The notes: generated from the letters alone by a model not told the origin. A stretch of DNA of 64,000 bases from an uncultured delta proteobacterium (GCA_963727625.1 CAVSHR010000004.1:448001-512000); one strand, 5' to 3'. Shown: positions 48,781 through 59,321, numbered from the stretch's first letter. Made by a program: numbers and translations.

Positions 48781-48948
48781 TTGAACTTTTTTTGAACCCT
48801 TGAAACTCGAACGACCCGCCGCGTTCAAATAGTTCAAACCGCTCAATCGCTGCGCTCCGATCAATCCCCCTCCTTCCGTCCTCCCCCGCGACGCGGGGGA
48901 GGAAACGGGTAGGGCTTGATCCCTTTGAACGATTTGAACGGCTTGAAC
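48781..48948. repeat. Composite nested palindrome (GTTCAA/TTGAAC tandem arms around a CCTCCCCCGCG-A-CGCGGGGGAGG core)
   Basis: GTTCAAATAGTTCAAACCGCTCAA...CCTCCCCCGCGACGCGGGGGAGG...TTGAACGATTTGAACGGCTTGAAC, with extra TTGAAC units at 48781-48797. Confidence 0.85.
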
Positions 48949-48950
48949 AC

Positions 48951-50531
48951 TTACAGGTTTAAATCCTCTTTCATAATTTGCCAGCAGTTATATCCCGATC
49001 CCGCAATGACCGCATCCGCGGGATGCATGGCGACGCCGACTTGGTACAGGCCTTGAATCGGCGTACGATAGTCGGCGACCTGCTCGATCGGCCGTTGCTC
49101 GCCCATTTGCACGGCGATCTTGCGCGCCACCCACACCGAACCCCGCCGCATGTTGGGCCAGCGGCCGGAGATGTAGAACGGGTCCACGGCCACTTTCATT
49201 TCGATGTTATCGTCGGTCAGGTTGGTGGCGTAGCGCCGCCAGATGCTCAAGACTCTTTCCATGTAGCCGGTCTTCAATCTGACCCAGTCCTCCGGCGTTT
49301 TTCCCTTGAGTTGAAACGGCACCGGAACAAAAACCGAAGCAGCGTGCTTGCCCGCCGGCGCTTGCAACGGATCGAACGCCGTCGGACAGATGGCGTGCAG
49401 GCATGGGGGCTCAGGGAATTCGCCGGCGCGGATTTCCCGCCACATGCTTTCCAGGTCTGCGGGCGTTTCCGGCCCGATGGTCACGCTCATCGCCCGCCCC
49501 ACCGAAGCGTTTTCGGCCTCGTGCAGCGCGTAGCGCAACGGCGCCTTCAGCGCCAAGTGAACTTGAAAAATTGAAAATTCATCGAGCTGAATATCCTTGA
49601 CCCGCTCGACGAAGGTGCGCGGCAGATAGTCCTCGCCCACCATCTCGACGAACGTCGAATACGGATCGGCGTTGGAAACCACAGCCAGATGCGCCTTCCA
49701 TTCCCGTCCGTCGCGCAGTCGGACTCCTACCGCCCGCCCGTCGTCGTCCACGAGGATTTTCTCGACATGATGCACGGCGCGAATCTGCCCGCCGCCGTGC
49801 ACGAAGGCGCGCTGCAATACTTGAGCGATGGAATGGGAGCCGCCGCGGGCCAGCTCAGGCTTCTCGTCGCCCGCAACCAGTTTCAAAACTTCGATGCCGG
49901 CGCCGGCATAATCCAAGCCCACGCCGCGCGGGATCGCCATTTGTGACAGAATCAGCGTCTTTACCGCAGCATTTTCAAAAAGCTCGTCGACGACCTGCCG
50001 CGGCGTCAGTTGCCAAAGCCTTTTGAATTCTTTAGCCGATGCGTCGCCGTCGAGTTTTTGCAGCACATCGTCCAAATGCTGAGGCCGGGTGTGGTAGTAC
50101 GGAATCAAGTAATCGCGGATGATCCGATGAAACCGCTCGTGCGTCACGCGCCAAGTATCGGCATCTTTGGCGGAAAGTTTTTTGATGTCGGCAACCGTCT
50201 CGTCGAGCGCCTGATGGTGTGAGAGGGATGCGCCGTTGTTCAAGATCAGCGCGCTCACCACCGGCGGCGCGACAAACTCGGCGTGGTAACCCTCGGCCCA
50301 ATTAAGTTCTTTCCAGACCCGCGACGCCTCGCGGTTGTCCTGAAAGTAAGCGAGGGTATTATGCCAGTAACCCGGCATGGTGATCTCTTCGCTCGCCAAA
50401 CGGCCGCCGTTTTCCAACCGGCTTTCGCAGATCACGGTTTTCAAGCCCGCCTTAGCGAGGTATGTGCCGAGAGCAAAGTTATTTTGCCCGGCGCCGATAA
50501 GAATCACGTCCCACTCGCTGTCAATCACCAT
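48951..50531 (-). CDS. Phytoene-dehydrogenase-like FAD oxidoreductase (divergent paralogue)
   Basis: LIGAGQNN, PTAFDPLQAPAGKH, YRTPIQGLY..G..MHP....AGSGYN. Confidence 0.88.
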   Translation of the reverse strand: MVIDSEWDVILIGAGQNNFALGTYLAKAGLKTVICESRLENGGRLASEEITMPGYWHNTLAYFQDNREASRVWKELNWAEGYHAEFVAPPVVSALILNNGASLSHHQALDETVADIKKLSAKDADTWRVTHERFHRIIRDYLIPYYHTRPQHLDDVLQKLDGDASAKEFKRLWQLTPRQVVDELFENAAVKTLILSQMAIPRGVGLDYAGAGIEVLKLVAGDEKPELARGGSHSIAQVLQRAFVHGGGQIRAVHHVEKILVDDDGRAVGVRLRDGREWKAHLAVVSNADPYSTFVEMVGEDYLPRTFVERVKDIQLDEFSIFQVHLALKAPLRYALHEAENASVGRAMSVTIGPETPADLESMWREIRAGEFPEPPCLHAICPTAFDPLQAPAGKHAASVFVPVPFQLKGKTPEDWVRLKTGYMERVLSIWRRYATNLTDDNIEMKVAVDPFYISGRWPNMRRGSVWVARKIAVQMGEQRPIEQVADYRTPIQGLYQVGVAMHPADAVIAGSGYNCWQIMKEDLNL

Positions 50532-50796
50532 TGTCGCTCCGAAAAGAAATTGGCATCTTCACCCACTTGTTGAAACCCGGCGCTCTTAACACGGTGGAGT
50601 TCGTGCTTTCAAGGGTCGTCGTGCCTGACAAACTGTGTGTAACCCCTGGCTAACAGGGTTCCCCAAAATGAAAAGCTAACCGGCCGCACCGAAAAGCCTC
50701 CCCAACGAGATGATTTGATTTAATATCGAAAAGCATTGGGTCTGTCCATTGTTTGTTTCGGGCCGGATCCTTTGGTACTTTAATGGGGAACCGATT

Positions 50797-51915
50797 ATGA
50801 CCGCGCAAGAAAAACTCAAGAATATTCGCGAGGAGTTGAAGCAGATATTCCTGGAACGCGGCGACTTGATCGACGGTGCCCTGGCCGCGCTGCTGTCTTC
50901 GCACCATCTGCTGATCATCGGCCCGCCCGGCACGGCGAAATCGATGCTTGCCGACGAACTGTGCCGGCGCATCGAGGGGGCGAATTATTTCCAGTGGCTG
51001 CTCACCCGCTTCACGACCCCGGAAGAAATCTTCGGCGCGGTCAGCTTGAAGGCGCTGGAGCAGGACGATTACCGGCGCGTGACCACGCGCAAACTGCCGG
51101 ATGCCCATATCGCTTTCCTGGATGAAATATTCAAGGCCAATTCGTCGATCCTCAATGCGATTCTGACGCTGATCAACGAGCGCTTGTTTCATAACGGCAA
51201 GGAAGTAACGCACGTGCCCCTGCTGACCCTTTTCGGCGCCAGCAACGAGCTGCCCGAGGAAGAGGAGCTGACTGCGCTTTACGACCGTTTTTTGCTGCGC
51301 TTCGTAGTCAATTATATCGCCGAGGATTTTCGGTTCTTGCGCATGCTTGAATCTCAAGCGCAGCCCCAGCGCACCATTCTATCGTTGGCCGAGTTGCAAG
51401 AATTGCAGCAAGCCGTCCGCGCCGTCGCCCTGCCGCCCCATGTTTACCGCGGCATCGCCGATATCCGGCGCGAGCTCAACAAGAAGAACATCGTAGCCTC
51501 CGACCGCCGCTATCGCCAATCCCTCGCCTTGCTCCAGGCCCATGCCTTCCTCGAAGGGGCCACCGAAGTACAGGAGAAAAATCTTTTTTTCCTCGAACAT
51601 GTGCTGTGGCGCGATCCGGTGGAGCAGGAGCAAGTGCGCGGGACGATTCGCGAGCTCTTGCTCGGCTACGAGGAAGAAATCGCCGAGCTGCTCTACGAAT
51701 CCCGCGAAATCCGCGAGTCGGCCTTGCAGCCGGGACGAGCCAGCGAAGAACGCGCCCGCGCGCTCATCGAGTTTCACACCAAGCTGCGAAATATTCTCGC
51801 CAAGGTCGATCAGATTGTGGACAAAGCCCAGCGCCTGGGCCGTCCGCTCGAGCGCGTCAACAACGTGCGCACCGAGATCGAGCAGCTGCAAAAAGATATG
51901 CTGGAGCAGTTCTGA
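50797..51915 (+). CDS. MoxR/RavA-type AAA+ ATPase
   Basis: GPPGTAKS, FQWLLTRFTTPEEIFG, FLDEIFKANSSILNAILT, ASNELP, ALYDRF, SDRR. Confidence 0.92.
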   Translation: MTAQEKLKNIREELKQIFLERGDLIDGALAALLSSHHLLIIGPPGTAKSMLADELCRRIEGANYFQWLLTRFTTPEEIFGAVSLKALEQDDYRRVTTRKLPDAHIAFLDEIFKANSSILNAILTLINERLFHNGKEVTHVPLLTLFGASNELPEEEELTALYDRFLLRFVVNYIAEDFRFLRMLESQAQPQRTILSLAELQELQQAVRAVALPPHVYRGIADIRRELNKKNIVASDRRYRQSLALLQAHAFLEGATEVQEKNLFFLEHVLWRDPVEQEQVRGTIRELLLGYEEEIAELLYESREIRESALQPGRASEERARALIEFHTKLRNILAKVDQIVDKAQRLGRPLERVNNVRTEIEQLQKDMLEQF

Positions 51916-53489
51916 TGCCGCCCCGGCGGACCAAGAAGACGCTGCCCAAACGGGTTTTTCAGCCCCTCCCTAAAAATACTTTCTGGCTTGAGCATGACGC
52001 CTATGACCGGCGCGTGTGGGCGCATCTCCGCAGCGAATCGCCGTCACTGCGCGAGGTCGAGGAGAAGGGCGGCAATCTTTTACCCCACTTCGCCTCGCTG
52101 TTGCAGGACATCTTTTGCCTACTGTTCAAATTCAACATCAAATATCACCCGGAGGCAGAGCTGCTCCCCAGCGCGCTGCTCAATCATCAATTTCTCCAGG
52201 CCATACATCAGGGCGCCCAGTATGACTTTCTGCGCGAGCAGACCCTGCTCAACGAAGCCCACGCCGGCCTATCGACGCTGATTCTCGCCGAGCGCCTGCT
52301 GGCGCTGGTGCGTGAGGAGAAGTTTCTTACGCGCCGCGACCTGCGCGATCTCTGGGACATCCAGAAACAAGAAGAACTGGTCGGTCAAAAGCTCGAAGAA
52401 TACGAGAACTCCGACACGATTCCGCAGGAGCAAATGTCGGAGCAAGGCAAGAAGGCGCTGCAGCAGGCCAAAGAGCGCATGGGCGGCGAGGTACAAGGCG
52501 CCGAAGCCTTATTAAGGCATAAGAGCCAACAACTGAAGGAAGACTTAAGGCAAATCGAAGCGCAGGCGACCAACCGTCTCCAGGCCGAAGCGATTAAAGT
52601 CGCCCAGGAACTAGAGGACGCCACCGAGGCGGCGCAAACCTGGGGCGACACCATCGGCACCGGCGCTCGCACCCCGCCCGGCCAAAAGCTCGAGCTCGGC
52701 CGGCGCCTGGCCGGCAACGAGAAACTCAAAAAGCTCGCGCGCATGGTCGGGCGCATGAAGTTTCACGCTTTAGCCTTGCGAAAAAAGGTGTTTGAGCGAT
52801 CAAATGAAGAATTACTTGAGGTGGAACAGGGCGATGCTCTGCATCGGTTGCTGCCCCATGAATTGCTCAGCCTGCACCACCCGGTGCTGCGGAAGGACTT
52901 TTACCGCCGCTATCTCGATCAGGAGCTGATCCAGTATTCGCTGCGCGGCGTGGAAGAAAAAGGCAAAGGCCCGATGATCGTCTGCCTAGACGGCAGCTCT
53001 TCCATGTCCGGGGACAAGGAAATTTGGTCGAAGGCGGTAACGCTGACGCTGCTGGAAATCGCCCGAAAGCAGCGCCGGCTGTTCCGGTCGATATGCTTCT
53101 CATCGGCGGAGACGCCGCTCCAAGTCCTCGACATGAACCCGCGCGACCGCTACGAGATCGAGACGAAAACGGTCATGGATTTAGCCGAATATTTTCCCGG
53201 CGGCGGCACAGACTTTCAAACTCCCCTAGACGCTGCATTGGATTGCCTGCGAGAATCGCGCTTCAAGAAGGGCGATATCATCTTCATCACCGACGGCGAA
53301 TGCCAGGTCGATCCGGATTGGGCGGAGCGCTTTCGCGAGGAAAAAGAACAACTCGGCTTCTCGCTGTTCTCGATTTTGATCGACGTTGGATCAGCGTCCC
53401 TAGGAACGCTCAAGGAATTCAGCGACCGGATCTCGACGATCAAGCAGTTAACCGGAGACGAAGCGCAAGAGATTTTTGTGAAGTTCTGA
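51915..53489 (+). CDS. VWA-domain protein (ViaA-like partner)
   Basis: RLLPHEL, GPMIVCLDGSSSM (MIDAS), GGGTDF, IFITDGE; ATG overlaps the ATPase stop. Confidence 0.9.
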   Translation: MPPRRTKKTLPKRVFQPLPKNTFWLEHDAYDRRVWAHLRSESPSLREVEEKGGNLLPHFASLLQDIFCLLFKFNIKYHPEAELLPSALLNHQFLQAIHQGAQYDFLREQTLLNEAHAGLSTLILAERLLALVREEKFLTRRDLRDLWDIQKQEELVGQKLEEYENSDTIPQEQMSEQGKKALQQAKERMGGEVQGAEALLRHKSQQLKEDLRQIEAQATNRLQAEAIKVAQELEDATEAAQTWGDTIGTGARTPPGQKLELGRRLAGNEKLKKLARMVGRMKFHALALRKKVFERSNEELLEVEQGDALHRLLPHELLSLHHPVLRKDFYRRYLDQELIQYSLRGVEEKGKGPMIVCLDGSSSMSGDKEIWSKAVTLTLLEIARKQRRLFRSICFSSAETPLQVLDMNPRDRYEIETKTVMDLAEYFPGGGTDFQTPLDAALDCLRESRFKKGDIIFITDGECQVDPDWAERFREEKEQLGFSLFSILIDVGSASLGTLKEFSDRISTIKQLTGDEAQEIFVKF

Positions 53490-53513
53490 GCCGCCTTGCA
53501 GGGATATTCACTG

Positions 53514-54650
53514 CTAGCTCGCCTGTTTCGTTTTACGCGGATACAACGCATCGACCATGGCGCGCTTATGATAGAGCGGCGTGCCCAGATACTGATAGAG
53601 CGAATGCGCCAGTACGCTGTGCGCCATCAACGGATGTTTGTAGTCGGTGCCGGCGCCGGCGAAAACCATGTGGGAAAAATTACAGGACTGATAATAGGCC
53701 TCGCTCGCCACCGCTTTCGCTTGGTGCACGCTGGCCCGCGCTTCGATCCCGGACTCGATCTTCCACAGAGTTTCATAAGTCGTCCAGCGCGCGCCATCGA
53801 GATGGATCGAGATGTCGACGCAGTGATCCTGCACCCGCTGAAAGCGGCCGATGGGCTGGCCGAACACGACGCGCGTGCGCGTGTATTCGTTGGTCATCTC
53901 GAAAATTTCCTGGCAGGCGCCGACTTTGTAGGCGCACAGAATCGGCAACGTCTGGCCGAGCGCCGATTCGATGGTCTGCCAACCGGAATCCACCGCGCCG
54001 ATGAGAGCATCGGCGCCCACCGCAACGTTATCGAAGCCGACTTCAGCAGCGCCGACCATGAAACCGAAAACCGGCTTGACCGAAACCCCGGGCGCGTTGC
54101 GATCGACCAGCGCCAGCATGACTTTACCGCTCTCAGTGCGCGCCGCGCAAATAAAATGGCTCGCGGCCTCGCCGTCATGCACGAACCGCTTGGAACCCTT
54201 GAGCGTATAACCCTTGGCGGTTTTGTTTGCCCGCGTCTGCACCGAGCGCGGCCCGAATTGAATCTGATCGTCGGAGATCGCGGGAATGACGATCGCGCTG
54301 CCGTCGCAGATCTTCGGCAGCCAGGTTTTTTTCTGTGCGTCGGAGCCGCCGGCTAAAATCAACTGCGCCGACAAGACACCCGAAGTAAAAAACGGTCCAG
54401 GTAGCGGGCCCCGGCCAAGCTCTTCAAACACCACCGCGCAATCGGTCCAAGAAGCTCCGCCGCCGCCGAACTCTTCCGGCACGATCATGCCAAGCCAGCC
54501 GACTCCCGCGGTCTTCTTGTAGATCTCCGGGATGAAAGTGATTTTTTTCTCGTACCATTCGGTAATTGCATAAGGCGGCGCCTCGGCCTTCAAAAATACC
54601 GCCGCGACTTTCTTCATCATGTTTTGATCGTCATTTAATCTAAGATCCAT
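53514..54650 (-). CDS. Acyl-CoA dehydrogenase family protein (short, FadE27-like subunit)
   Basis: GWLG..VPEEFGGGG, EELGRGPLPGPF, TRVVFGQPIGRFQRVQ; lacks the TEP..GSD motif. Confidence 0.88.
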   Translation of the reverse strand: MDLRLNDDQNMMKKVAAVFLKAEAPPYAITEWYEKKITFIPEIYKKTAGVGWLGMIVPEEFGGGGASWTDCAVVFEELGRGPLPGPFFTSGVLSAQLILAGGSDAQKKTWLPKICDGSAIVIPAISDDQIQFGPRSVQTRANKTAKGYTLKGSKRFVHDGEAASHFICAARTESGKVMLALVDRNAPGVSVKPVFGFMVGAAEVGFDNVAVGADALIGAVDSGWQTIESALGQTLPILCAYKVGACQEIFEMTNEYTRTRVVFGQPIGRFQRVQDHCVDISIHLDGARWTTYETLWKIESGIEARASVHQAKAVASEAYYQSCNFSHMVFAGAGTDYKHPLMAHSVLAHSLYQYLGTPLYHKRAMVDALYPRKTKQAS

Positions 54651-54693
54651 AGTTCAGTCCCCATCCGGTTGCATTCGTTCTTTTTTGCCGAAT

Positions 54694-55908
54694 TCACACG
54701 GTCGTCGGAGCGTTTTCTTGCGACGGGCGGCCCAAGCCCAATCGCCGTGCGATGATCAGGCGGTCCGTGTCCAACGTGCCGCCGCCATGCAGCCAACCCG
54801 GACCGCTGCGCACGGTGTATTCGAAATCCGCGACCTCATGCACCGAGTTGTCCGGCACCAGCGCGTCGTAGCCCAAGATCTTCTGCACGCGCTCGGAATT
54901 GCGCAGCCGCACCATGCGCTGGAAATAAAGATACTGCGGCCCGCCGTAGGCGTGCGGTTCGCGCACGTAGCGGTGCCAGAAATTGCGCAACCCCATCAAG
55001 CGCTGAACATCGAGATCGATCAAGATATCGGCGATCTCGTCGCGGATATCCTGATCTTCCATCAGACTCTCGCCGTCGAAGTCGGTTTTTTGGCAGTGCT
55101 CGACGATCCGTTTGAACAGCGGCTGCTCAGCCACGCTGCCACCCCCGCCATGCTCAAGCTCTAAATAGCTGTTGGCTACTTTCCAGCCGTTGTTCTCGCC
55201 GCCGACCAAATATTTCGCCGGCACGCGCGCGTTATCGAAGAATACAGCGTTCTTGATACCCATCATTAGATGCATGTGTTGCAGCGTGATCCCCGGCAAA
55301 TTGGCCGGTATATAGAGCCAGCCGAGATTTTCATGACGCTTGCCGGCAGGGTTGGTGCACACGAACGTCCAGAGATAGTCCGGCGGCAGATGGTGACCGA
55401 CCAAGACCTTCTGGCCGTTGACGACATAGTGGTCACCGTCGCGAATCGCTTTGGTCTGACAGTTGGCGACATCGCTGCCGCCCTGCGGTTCGGTCAACAG
55501 TTGCCAGACGGCAAGCTCGCCGCGCATCATCGGCGGCAGAAATTCCATCTTCTGCTCTTCTGTGCCGAACTTCATCAACGCCGGCGCCACCAAGCGCGCC
55601 AGCGTGTAAAAGACCGAGCCAAGGGACAAGCCGTAACGGTCGATTTCGGTTTCGAGCACGAACTGATGATCGAGGCTCAACCCGGCGCCGCCATATTGCA
55701 CCGGATAGGTCGGAAACAACCAGCGTTTTTGCCCCAATTTACCGGCCAGCGCGCGGCGAAATCTGTACTCCTCGTCGTTTTCCCGGGTCGACCAGTTGCC
55801 GGACCAGCGCAGATGCTCGCTGCCCTTCATCTGTTCCACCAACCACTCGCGCACTTCCCGGCGAAATGCGCTAATCTCGGGAGTGTCTTGTTGCAAGCTA
55901 AAATCCAT
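54694..55908 (-). CDS. Acyl-CoA dehydrogenase family protein (FadE26-like subunit)
   Basis: LTEPQGGSDVA, YVVNGQK, VFFDNARVP...VGGENNGW, GGT.D..R.IIARRLGL. Confidence 0.9.
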   Translation of the reverse strand: MDFSLQQDTPEISAFRREVREWLVEQMKGSEHLRWSGNWSTRENDEEYRFRRALAGKLGQKRWLFPTYPVQYGGAGLSLDHQFVLETEIDRYGLSLGSVFYTLARLVAPALMKFGTEEQKMEFLPPMMRGELAVWQLLTEPQGGSDVANCQTKAIRDGDHYVVNGQKVLVGHHLPPDYLWTFVCTNPAGKRHENLGWLYIPANLPGITLQHMHLMMGIKNAVFFDNARVPAKYLVGGENNGWKVANSYLELEHGGGGSVAEQPLFKRIVEHCQKTDFDGESLMEDQDIRDEIADILIDLDVQRLMGLRNFWHRYVREPHAYGGPQYLYFQRMVRLRNSERVQKILGYDALVPDNSVHEVADFEYTVRSGPGWLHGGGTLDTDRLIIARRLGLGRPSQENAPTTV

Positions 55909-56000
55909 GGTGGCTCTCCTTTTTCTGTTTGAAACAATAAAGTTTTTCGCGCTCGCGCTCGAATCCGGCCCGATACGACCCACGCACACAATCACGAGCT

Positions 56001-56516
56001 TTAAACATCCCACTCCCCCGCCACCAGCCGCACAATCACGGGATGAAGAATTCGATAGGACAAACCCCAGAGCCGGTGCTGGCCGACTTGATAGTAAGTC
56101 ACCTGCTCGGCCTTGGTCCAGGTGGGAAAGCGGTCGATCATCTTGTCCTGGACGCCGGGTCGGGTGAGATCGCTAAGTTTGACGTCGATCAGCTCGGCGA
56201 TTTCTCGTTCGTCGATCCGCCATCGATCCGGCAAGGAGATACGCGCGAGATACGGGAACACGCGATAACCAGTGGTTCGTGTTTGTTCCATCGGCAACTC
56301 GGCGAGCACGTCGTGTTTCGGCACATTCAGACCCAATTCCTCGCGCACTTCGCGCAGCGCCGTATCAAGCATTGTTTCGTCTTCCGCGTCATGCTTGCCG
56401 CCCGGAAAAGCGATCTGCCCTCCGTGAACTCCGCCGGGATTGCGCAAAATCATGACGATACGCAGCTCGCCTGACTGCGCGCGATAGACTGGAATTAGCA
56501 CGGCAGCGTCGATCAT
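56001..56516 (-). CDS. Nudix CoA pyrophosphatase (NudL-like)
   Basis: AAVLIP, HGGQIAFPGGK.D..D....TALREVREELGL, LWGLS. Confidence 0.9.
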   Translation of the reverse strand: MIDAAVLIPVYRAQSGELRIVMILRNPGGVHGGQIAFPGGKHDAEDETMLDTALREVREELGLNVPKHDVLAELPMEQTRTTGYRVFPYLARISLPDRWRIDEREIAELIDVKLSDLTRPGVQDKMIDRFPTWTKAEQVTYYQVGQHRLWGLSYRILHPVIVRLVAGEWDV

Positions 56517-56649
56517 CGGTGGGCATCCTCTTTCTCGCTTTTACTACATCCCTAAGGGGTTAAGCAAAGATCGCTATGGCACGGGAAAATTAGATTGCAT
56601 CATGGCGTTATTGTGATAAACGGAATCCGGCGAAAGGATTCCTCTCCCT

Positions 56650-58257
56650 ATGGATCGAACACCCAATTTCCTTCTGATTATCACCGACCAGCATCGCGCG
56701 GATCATCTCGGTTGTTACGGCAACACCGTAGTCCAAACGCCGAATATCGATCGGCTCGCCGACTCGGGAACGCGCTTCGAACGCTTCTACGTTGCCACGC
56801 CGATCTGCATGCCGAACCGCGCGACCTTGATGACCGGGCGCATGCCGTCGCTTCACGGAGCGCGCCAAAACGGAATTCCGCTGTCGCTCACGGCGACCAC
56901 CTTCGTCGACATCATGCGCGCGGCTGGCTACGAGACCGCGCTGGTCGGCAAGTGTCATTTGCAAAGCATCAACGGCAATTTGCCGGTCACGGGGATGCCC
57001 GAAAGCGATCCCAATTTTACCCCGGCGCCGCTGGAGTTAAGGGAAGCCGACAACACGCTGCGCAGGCATGGACGTTACGATCAAGAACTGCCTTCCACCT
57101 GGGCGCGCGAGCGGGACTTCGAACCGACGCTTCCCTACTATGGCTTCGACCATGTCGAGCTTGCCATCGGCCACGGCGACAAAACCGTCGGCCACTACTC
57201 GCGCTGGCTCAGGACTCGCCACCCCAACCCCGATTCATTGCGCGGACCGGAAAATCAGCTGCCTGGCAACCACTACATTGCGCCGCAGGCCTGGCGCACC
57301 AGAGTTCCTGAATCGCTCTACCCGACGGCCTATGTGGCCGAGCGAACCATGAAGTACCTGGAGAACTATTCGCGCACCGACCGCGCCAGGCCGTTCTATA
57401 TCCAATGTTCGTTTCCCGATCCGCACCATCCGTTCACCCCGCCGGGGCGCTACTGGGATATGTACGATCCCGAGTCGATCAAATTGCCGCCGTCATTCGA
57501 TGCCGGGGAACGGTCGATTCCGCCTCATCTGCAAAGCCTCTACGACGAGCGGGAGCAGAACACGAGCAACCGGGACGGCCAGCGCACTTTCGCGATCACC
57601 GCTCGCGAAGCGCGCGAAGCGATCGCGCTATCTTACGGTATGATTTCCATGGTCGACGATGCCATCGGCAGCATAGTGGGATGGCTGAAAAACCTCCGTC
57701 TCGATCAAGACACCGTCGTCATCTTTACCAGCGATCACGGCGATTTTATGGGCGATCACCAATTACTGCTCAAAGGCGCGCTGCATTACCGCGGCCTGGT
57801 GCGCGTTCCGTTCATTTGGAACGACCCGGCCAATGACAGCTGCGGCATCGTCAACTCGGAACTCTGCGGCACGCTCGACATCGCCAGCACCATTCTCGCC
57901 CGGGCTCGATTGCAGGGCCACAACGGCATGCAAGGCGTCAGCCTGCTGCCGGCGATGCGCGGCGAAAAGACCGGACATGGATCGCTCGTCATCGAGGAAC
58001 ACCAGCGACGCGGCTATATGGGACTTAAAAATAATTTCCGCGCCCGGAGTTTGATCACGGCCGATGCTCGATTGACTTTGTATGAGGGTGCCGAGTGGGG
58101 CGAGCTTTACGACCTGAGCCATGACCCCGATGAAATGAACAATCTATGGGACGATCCACGTTCCCGCGACCGGCGCTACGGACTGACTGAAGAGCTCGCG
58201 CGACAAATGATGGCGCGCGCCGATTCCAGCCCGCTGGCGACCCACCATGGACCGTAA
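56650..58257 (+). CDS. Cys-type sulfatase
   Basis: PNFLLIITDQHRAD, CMPNRATLMTGR (CxPxR), GKCH, FTSDHGD.MGDH...KG. Confidence 0.93.
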   Translation: MDRTPNFLLIITDQHRADHLGCYGNTVVQTPNIDRLADSGTRFERFYVATPICMPNRATLMTGRMPSLHGARQNGIPLSLTATTFVDIMRAAGYETALVGKCHLQSINGNLPVTGMPESDPNFTPAPLELREADNTLRRHGRYDQELPSTWARERDFEPTLPYYGFDHVELAIGHGDKTVGHYSRWLRTRHPNPDSLRGPENQLPGNHYIAPQAWRTRVPESLYPTAYVAERTMKYLENYSRTDRARPFYIQCSFPDPHHPFTPPGRYWDMYDPESIKLPPSFDAGERSIPPHLQSLYDEREQNTSNRDGQRTFAITAREAREAIALSYGMISMVDDAIGSIVGWLKNLRLDQDTVVIFTSDHGDFMGDHQLLLKGALHYRGLVRVPFIWNDPANDSCGIVNSELCGTLDIASTILARARLQGHNGMQGVSLLPAMRGEKTGHGSLVIEEHQRRGYMGLKNNFRARSLITADARLTLYEGAEWGELYDLSHDPDEMNNLWDDPRSRDRRYGLTEELARQMMARADSSPLATHHGP

Positions 58258-58364
58258 ACAACCTAGCAAACAGTAAGTTATGAGACCTGAGTTCTGAGCA
58301 AAAACTTACAAAAATAAAAGAATCCGGCGAACATTTTACTCGGCTCCCAAGACTCAGCATGCTC

Positions 58365-59183
58365 CTACCGTTTAATCGCCGAAGCGATCAGCGCGGGCAT
58401 CGGCAGCTCGACCACGTCACCCTTGGTATATTTTTCCAGCTCGACGCGCATGGCTTCGCGAATTTTGTTCAAGACCGTCGGCTTTTGCACTCCCAACAAT
58501 CCCGCCGTGCGCACGGTGCTGTTCTTCATTGCCTCGAATAATCCGTCGGCAGCGGGCAGGCGCCAACGCTGCGCAACTTTGGTAATCTTCGGCAACTCGA
58601 AACCCGCGGCGATTAGGCTCCGAACGCACTCTTCGGCGTCGCTGAAGCGAAAAAACGGCGGCCCCTCCGGCAATTCGATCCGCGGCTCGCCGTGCAACTC
58701 CACTGCGCGCAGAACGATGCCGAAGCCGATGGTTTCCTGGGGCGGAGCCCAGACCGAAAAGGCGAAACGCCCGCCCGAACGCAAGACCCGGTAAGCTTCC
58801 GCGATCGCCAGATCCGGACGACCGAGATGAAGAATACCGAAGTTCATCGCGGCGGCTTCGAACAGGCCGTTGCCCAAGGGCAATGCTTCGGCGTCGCCCT
58901 CGCGAAACTCCACGCCGGTATGTAGCCGCTTTGCTTGCGCGACCATTGCCGCGGAAAAATCGAGTCCCAAAACGACCGCGCCACGCTCGGCCGCCGCAGC
59001 GGCGACGTAGCCGGGACCGCTGGCAATGTCGAGAAAGGTCATGCCGCGTTTGACTCGGGCCGCGTCGAGCAACGATTCGATCGCTTGCGTCGTCAGCCGG
59101 CCGAACGCGTCATGGTAACCATCGGGAATGCCTTCCCAACCCTGATGTTCAAAATTTCTAAATTTCTCAATGTCTAGAGCCAT
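58365..59183 (-). CDS. Class I SAM-dependent methyltransferase
   Basis: FLDIASGPG, GLDFSAAMV, EGDAEALP, AYRVLRSGGRF; start at MALDIEKF. Confidence 0.9.
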   Translation of the reverse strand: MALDIEKFRNFEHQGWEGIPDGYHDAFGRLTTQAIESLLDAARVKRGMTFLDIASGPGYVAAAAAERGAVVLGLDFSAAMVAQAKRLHTGVEFREGDAEALPLGNGLFEAAAMNFGILHLGRPDLAIAEAYRVLRSGGRFAFSVWAPPQETIGFGIVLRAVELHGEPRIELPEGPPFFRFSDAEECVRSLIAAGFELPKITKVAQRWRLPAADGLFEAMKNSTVRTAGLLGVQKPTVLNKIREAMRVELEKYTKGDVVELPMPALIASAIKR

Positions 59184-59321
59184 AAGCCGTTTGCCGCCAG
59201 AAAACCTTGGCTGCTTTCTATCCTGGCGTGTTGGCGATGTAAAGCGAACGGCGAAAAATGCATTTTCAGCTTGACCAACGCGGTATTTTTTTTTACTGTC
59301 TGAAGCCACCGGGGGTAGTCG

